DNA from: Candidatus Cryptobacteroides intestinigallinarum
GTDB taxonomy: Bacteria; Bacteroidota; Bacteroidia; Bacteroidales; UBA932
Direction: 5' to 3'
Assembly: GCA_017694785.1 (NCBI GenBank)
Contig: JADIMK010000040.1
Location: 8,689 to 72,688, forward strand
Length of the DNA: 64,000 bases
The stretch's first letter is position 1. Every line of letters starts with the position of its first letter. The notes beneath the pieces are model-generated. The model was not told the origin of the DNA. It was given only the letters and a program-made list of their open reading frames with translations, and did not search any database. Made by a program: the position numbers and the translations under genes. Positions 61,741-64,000 of this stretch are shown one piece after another.

Positions 61741-63405
61741 ATGTTCAAAGGACAACCCAAGGGGCTATTTGCCCTTGCCCTGGCGAACACTGGAGAGCGT
61801 TTCGGATACTACACGATGCTCGCGATCTTCCTTCTGTTCATCCAGGCCAAATTCGGGTTTACAGCTACAGCTGCTACCCAGATCTATTCAGTTTTCATCG
61901 CTGCAGTCTATTTCATGCCTTTCTTCGGCGGTATCCTGGCTGACAAGATAGGATTCGGGAAATGTGTATCACTTGGCTTTGCCGTCATGTTCCTCGGATA
62001 TCTTTGCCTTTCAATACCTACCGGGCCGGATATGATAGGAAAAATCCTGATGTTCGGAGCTCTTGCCCTGATAGCGATAGGCACAGGCCTTTTCAAAGGC
62101 AATCTCCAGGTCATGGTCGGGAACCTTTACGATGATCCCAAATACTCTTCAAAACGTGACGCAGCATTCAGCCTTTTCTATATGGCGATAAACATAGGTG
62201 CGATGTTCGCTCCTTCTGCAGCCAAATACGTCACAAATTTCTTCCTCGGTAAATCAGGACTTTCATACGATGCAAATGTTCCGGCGCTTGCGCACCAGTT
62301 CCTCAACGGGACAATTACACCTGAGAACATCGACAAGCTCACCGGGATCCAGATGACGATGACGGGAGCAAGCGGAATGGATCTTTCCACTTTCTGCACC
62401 ACATACATAGATAAACTCTCGACAGCATATAACTACGGGTTTGCCGTTGCATGCATATCACTGATAGTATCCGTACTCATATATGTCTTCTGCAAGCCAT
62501 GGTTCAAGACTGCCGACATGAACGCCAAACAGGCGAAGGAAGCAAACCCTGCAGAGGCCGAACTTACTCCTCAGCAGACCAAGAGCCGCATCACAGCCCT
62601 TCTGCTCGTGTTTGCAGTCGTGATCTTCTTCTGGATGTCATTCCACCAGAACGGAGCGACAATGACAATCTTCGCACGCGACTATACCCAGGACACAGTT
62701 GAAGGCATCACCAGGATAGGTTTCAACATATGGAGCCTTGCCCTTATAGCAATATCCATCTATACACTCTTCGGAGCTGTACAGTCTGAGACAAGCAGAG
62801 GAAAACTGCTTTCAGGCATAGCTACAGTAGTCCTTTGGGCAGGAGCTTGGTGGGCATACAGCGGCATGGACCAGATCATACGCATCCAGCCTTCAGAGTT
62901 CCAGCAGTTCAATCCGTTCTTCGTAGTCGCCCTTACACCTGTATCACTTGCGATTTTCAGTGCCCTTGCAAAGAAAGGGAAAGAGCCGTCAGCACCGAGG
63001 AAGATCGGAATGGGTATGATTGTAGCCGCTGCAGGATTCCTGGTTCTCACAATAGGATCAATGGGACTGGCATCTCCGAAAGAGCTCAATGAGACAGTAA
63101 GTCCGGTACTTGTATCGCCTATGTGGCTCATATCGACATATCTTGTACTGACTTTCGCTGAGCTGCTGCTCTCCCCTATGGGCATATCGTTCGTTTCAAA
63201 AGTGGCACCTCCTAAATATAAGGGAGCGATGATGGGCTGCTGGTTTGCGGCAACAGGATTCGGCAACTACCTTGTATCCGTACCGGGACTTCTGTGGAAC
63301 AAGCTGCCGTTGTGGGGCATATGGACACTTCTCATTGTCCTCTGCCTGCTTTCTGCACTCTTCATCTTCTCTATGATGAAAAAACTCGAGAACGCGACCA
63401 GATAG
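61741..63405 (+). CDS. POT/PTR-family proton-dependent di/tripeptide transporter
   Basis: ERFGYY (ExxERFxYY), GTGLFKGN, FYMAINIG, ELLLSPMG; TACCTTTG promoter box at 61687-61694. Confidence 0.93.
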   Translation: MFKGQPKGLFALALANTGERFGYYTMLAIFLLFIQAKFGFTATAATQIYSVFIAAVYFMPFFGGILADKIGFGKCVSLGFAVMFLGYLCLSIPTGPDMIGKILMFGALALIAIGTGLFKGNLQVMVGNLYDDPKYSSKRDAAFSLFYMAINIGAMFAPSAAKYVTNFFLGKSGLSYDANVPALAHQFLNGTITPENIDKLTGIQMTMTGASGMDLSTFCTTYIDKLSTAYNYGFAVACISLIVSVLIYVFCKPWFKTADMNAKQAKEANPAEAELTPQQTKSRITALLLVFAVVIFFWMSFHQNGATMTIFARDYTQDTVEGITRIGFNIWSLALIAISIYTLFGAVQSETSRGKLLSGIATVVLWAGAWWAYSGMDQIIRIQPSEFQQFNPFFVVALTPVSLAIFSALAKKGKEPSAPRKIGMGMIVAAAGFLVLTIGSMGLASPKELNETVSPVLVSPMWLISTYLVLTFAELLLSPMGISFVSKVAPPKYKGAMMGCWFAATGFGNYLVSVPGLLWNKLPLWGIWTLLIVLCLLSALFIFSMMKKLENATR

Positions 63406-63422
63406 CAATCTTCTGATACATG

Positions 63423-63462
63423 AAAGAAGCCGTCCCAAAGCAATTTGAGACGGCTTTCTTTT
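63423..63462. terminator. Bidirectional terminator after POT transporter
   Basis: AAAGAAGCCGTC...GACGGCTTTCTTTT. Confidence 0.8.
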
Positions 63463-63477
63463 AAAGTTTGCCTGCAA

Positions 63478-64000
63478 TCAAAGATAATAGTCACAGTTGT
63501 AGCGGCAGAGTATATCCATCTGCGTATAGTTGTCTTTTTTAGGGAGCGGCTTACCGAGTACGAGCCAGTCTGCAAGGCTTGATACGGCCAAGGCTGTCTG
63601 GCTGTCGGAGTGCTGCGCAATGAGCATCTGGACGAAACCGTCCCGTAAAGCAGAAAGATTCTTTTCGAGGACATCGAATCCGACGACCCTGCATGTCGTG
63701 ATATTGCGTTCCCTCAGATAGTCAGCCACAAGATGCACCCTTGAATTGAACATGACGAGATATTTGACCGGATCCGGATCATCCATGAACATCTTGTCAA
63801 GCGTTTTGAATATCCCTTCCCTATTCTTGGGATCTATGAATACATTGCTTATCTCAGTGTCTGGATAATGCTCGCTCATATAGTCAAGGAAGCCAGTACG
63901 TCTCGTAACGGTAGGGTCAGACAGCCCCTTCTTGTCCCTTGCAATCCTTATTATATGGACCTTCGGGACATCCCTCCCGTCGGTAAGCATGTCTGCACAT
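63478..64000 (-). CDS. LacI-type regulator / periplasmic-binding-like domain, C-terminal part; 5' end outside window
   Basis: RRTGF..Y, FNSRVHLVA, VVGFD, LI-x-Q sugar-binding-fold pattern; frame continues past the window edge. Confidence 0.65.
   Translation of the reverse strand, partial: CADMLTDGRDVPKVHIIRIARDKKGLSDPTVTRRTGFLDYMSEHYPDTEISNVFIDPKNREGIFKTLDKMFMDDPDPVKYLVMFNSRVHLVADYLRERNITTCRVVGFDVLEKNLSALRDGFVQMLIAQHSDSQTALAVSSLADWLVLGKPLPKKDNYTQMDILCRYNCDYYL

Overview
Mostly core chromosome of a Bacteroidales bacterium. The lineage call rests on repeated TAnnTTTG -7 promoter boxes, lipoprotein signal peptides, and Bacteroidota-type parE, nifJ and rpsF-rpsR-rplI. Housekeeping genes: ffh, lysA, a deoxyhypusine-synthase-like gene, GH84, rfbACDB, rnhA, pdxA, recG, tRNA-Arg(CCG), fabD, nifJ, an M16 peptidase, parE, pepD and a POT transporter. 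Two accessory-looking operons stand out. (1) A GC-richer heme-uptake operon, hmuY-hmuR-hmuS(CobN-like)-hmuT-hmuU-hmuV, is led by an extra tandem calycin-like lipoprotein (33934-43751, minus). (2) A five-gene surface operon holds three DUF4493-like lipoproteins, an outer-membrane beta-barrel and a PCMD lipoprotein (46650-54959, minus). It has no SusC/SusD or enzyme, and its subunits show type V pilin-like maturation motifs. This is the best candidate for an undescribed system. The ORF track misses a 56-aa ferredoxin, a partial GntR gene and a start-less second copy of the M16 peptidase 3' end. I saw no CRISPR array, integrase, transposase or prophage gene. All family assignments come from motif recognition by eye, not from database searches.
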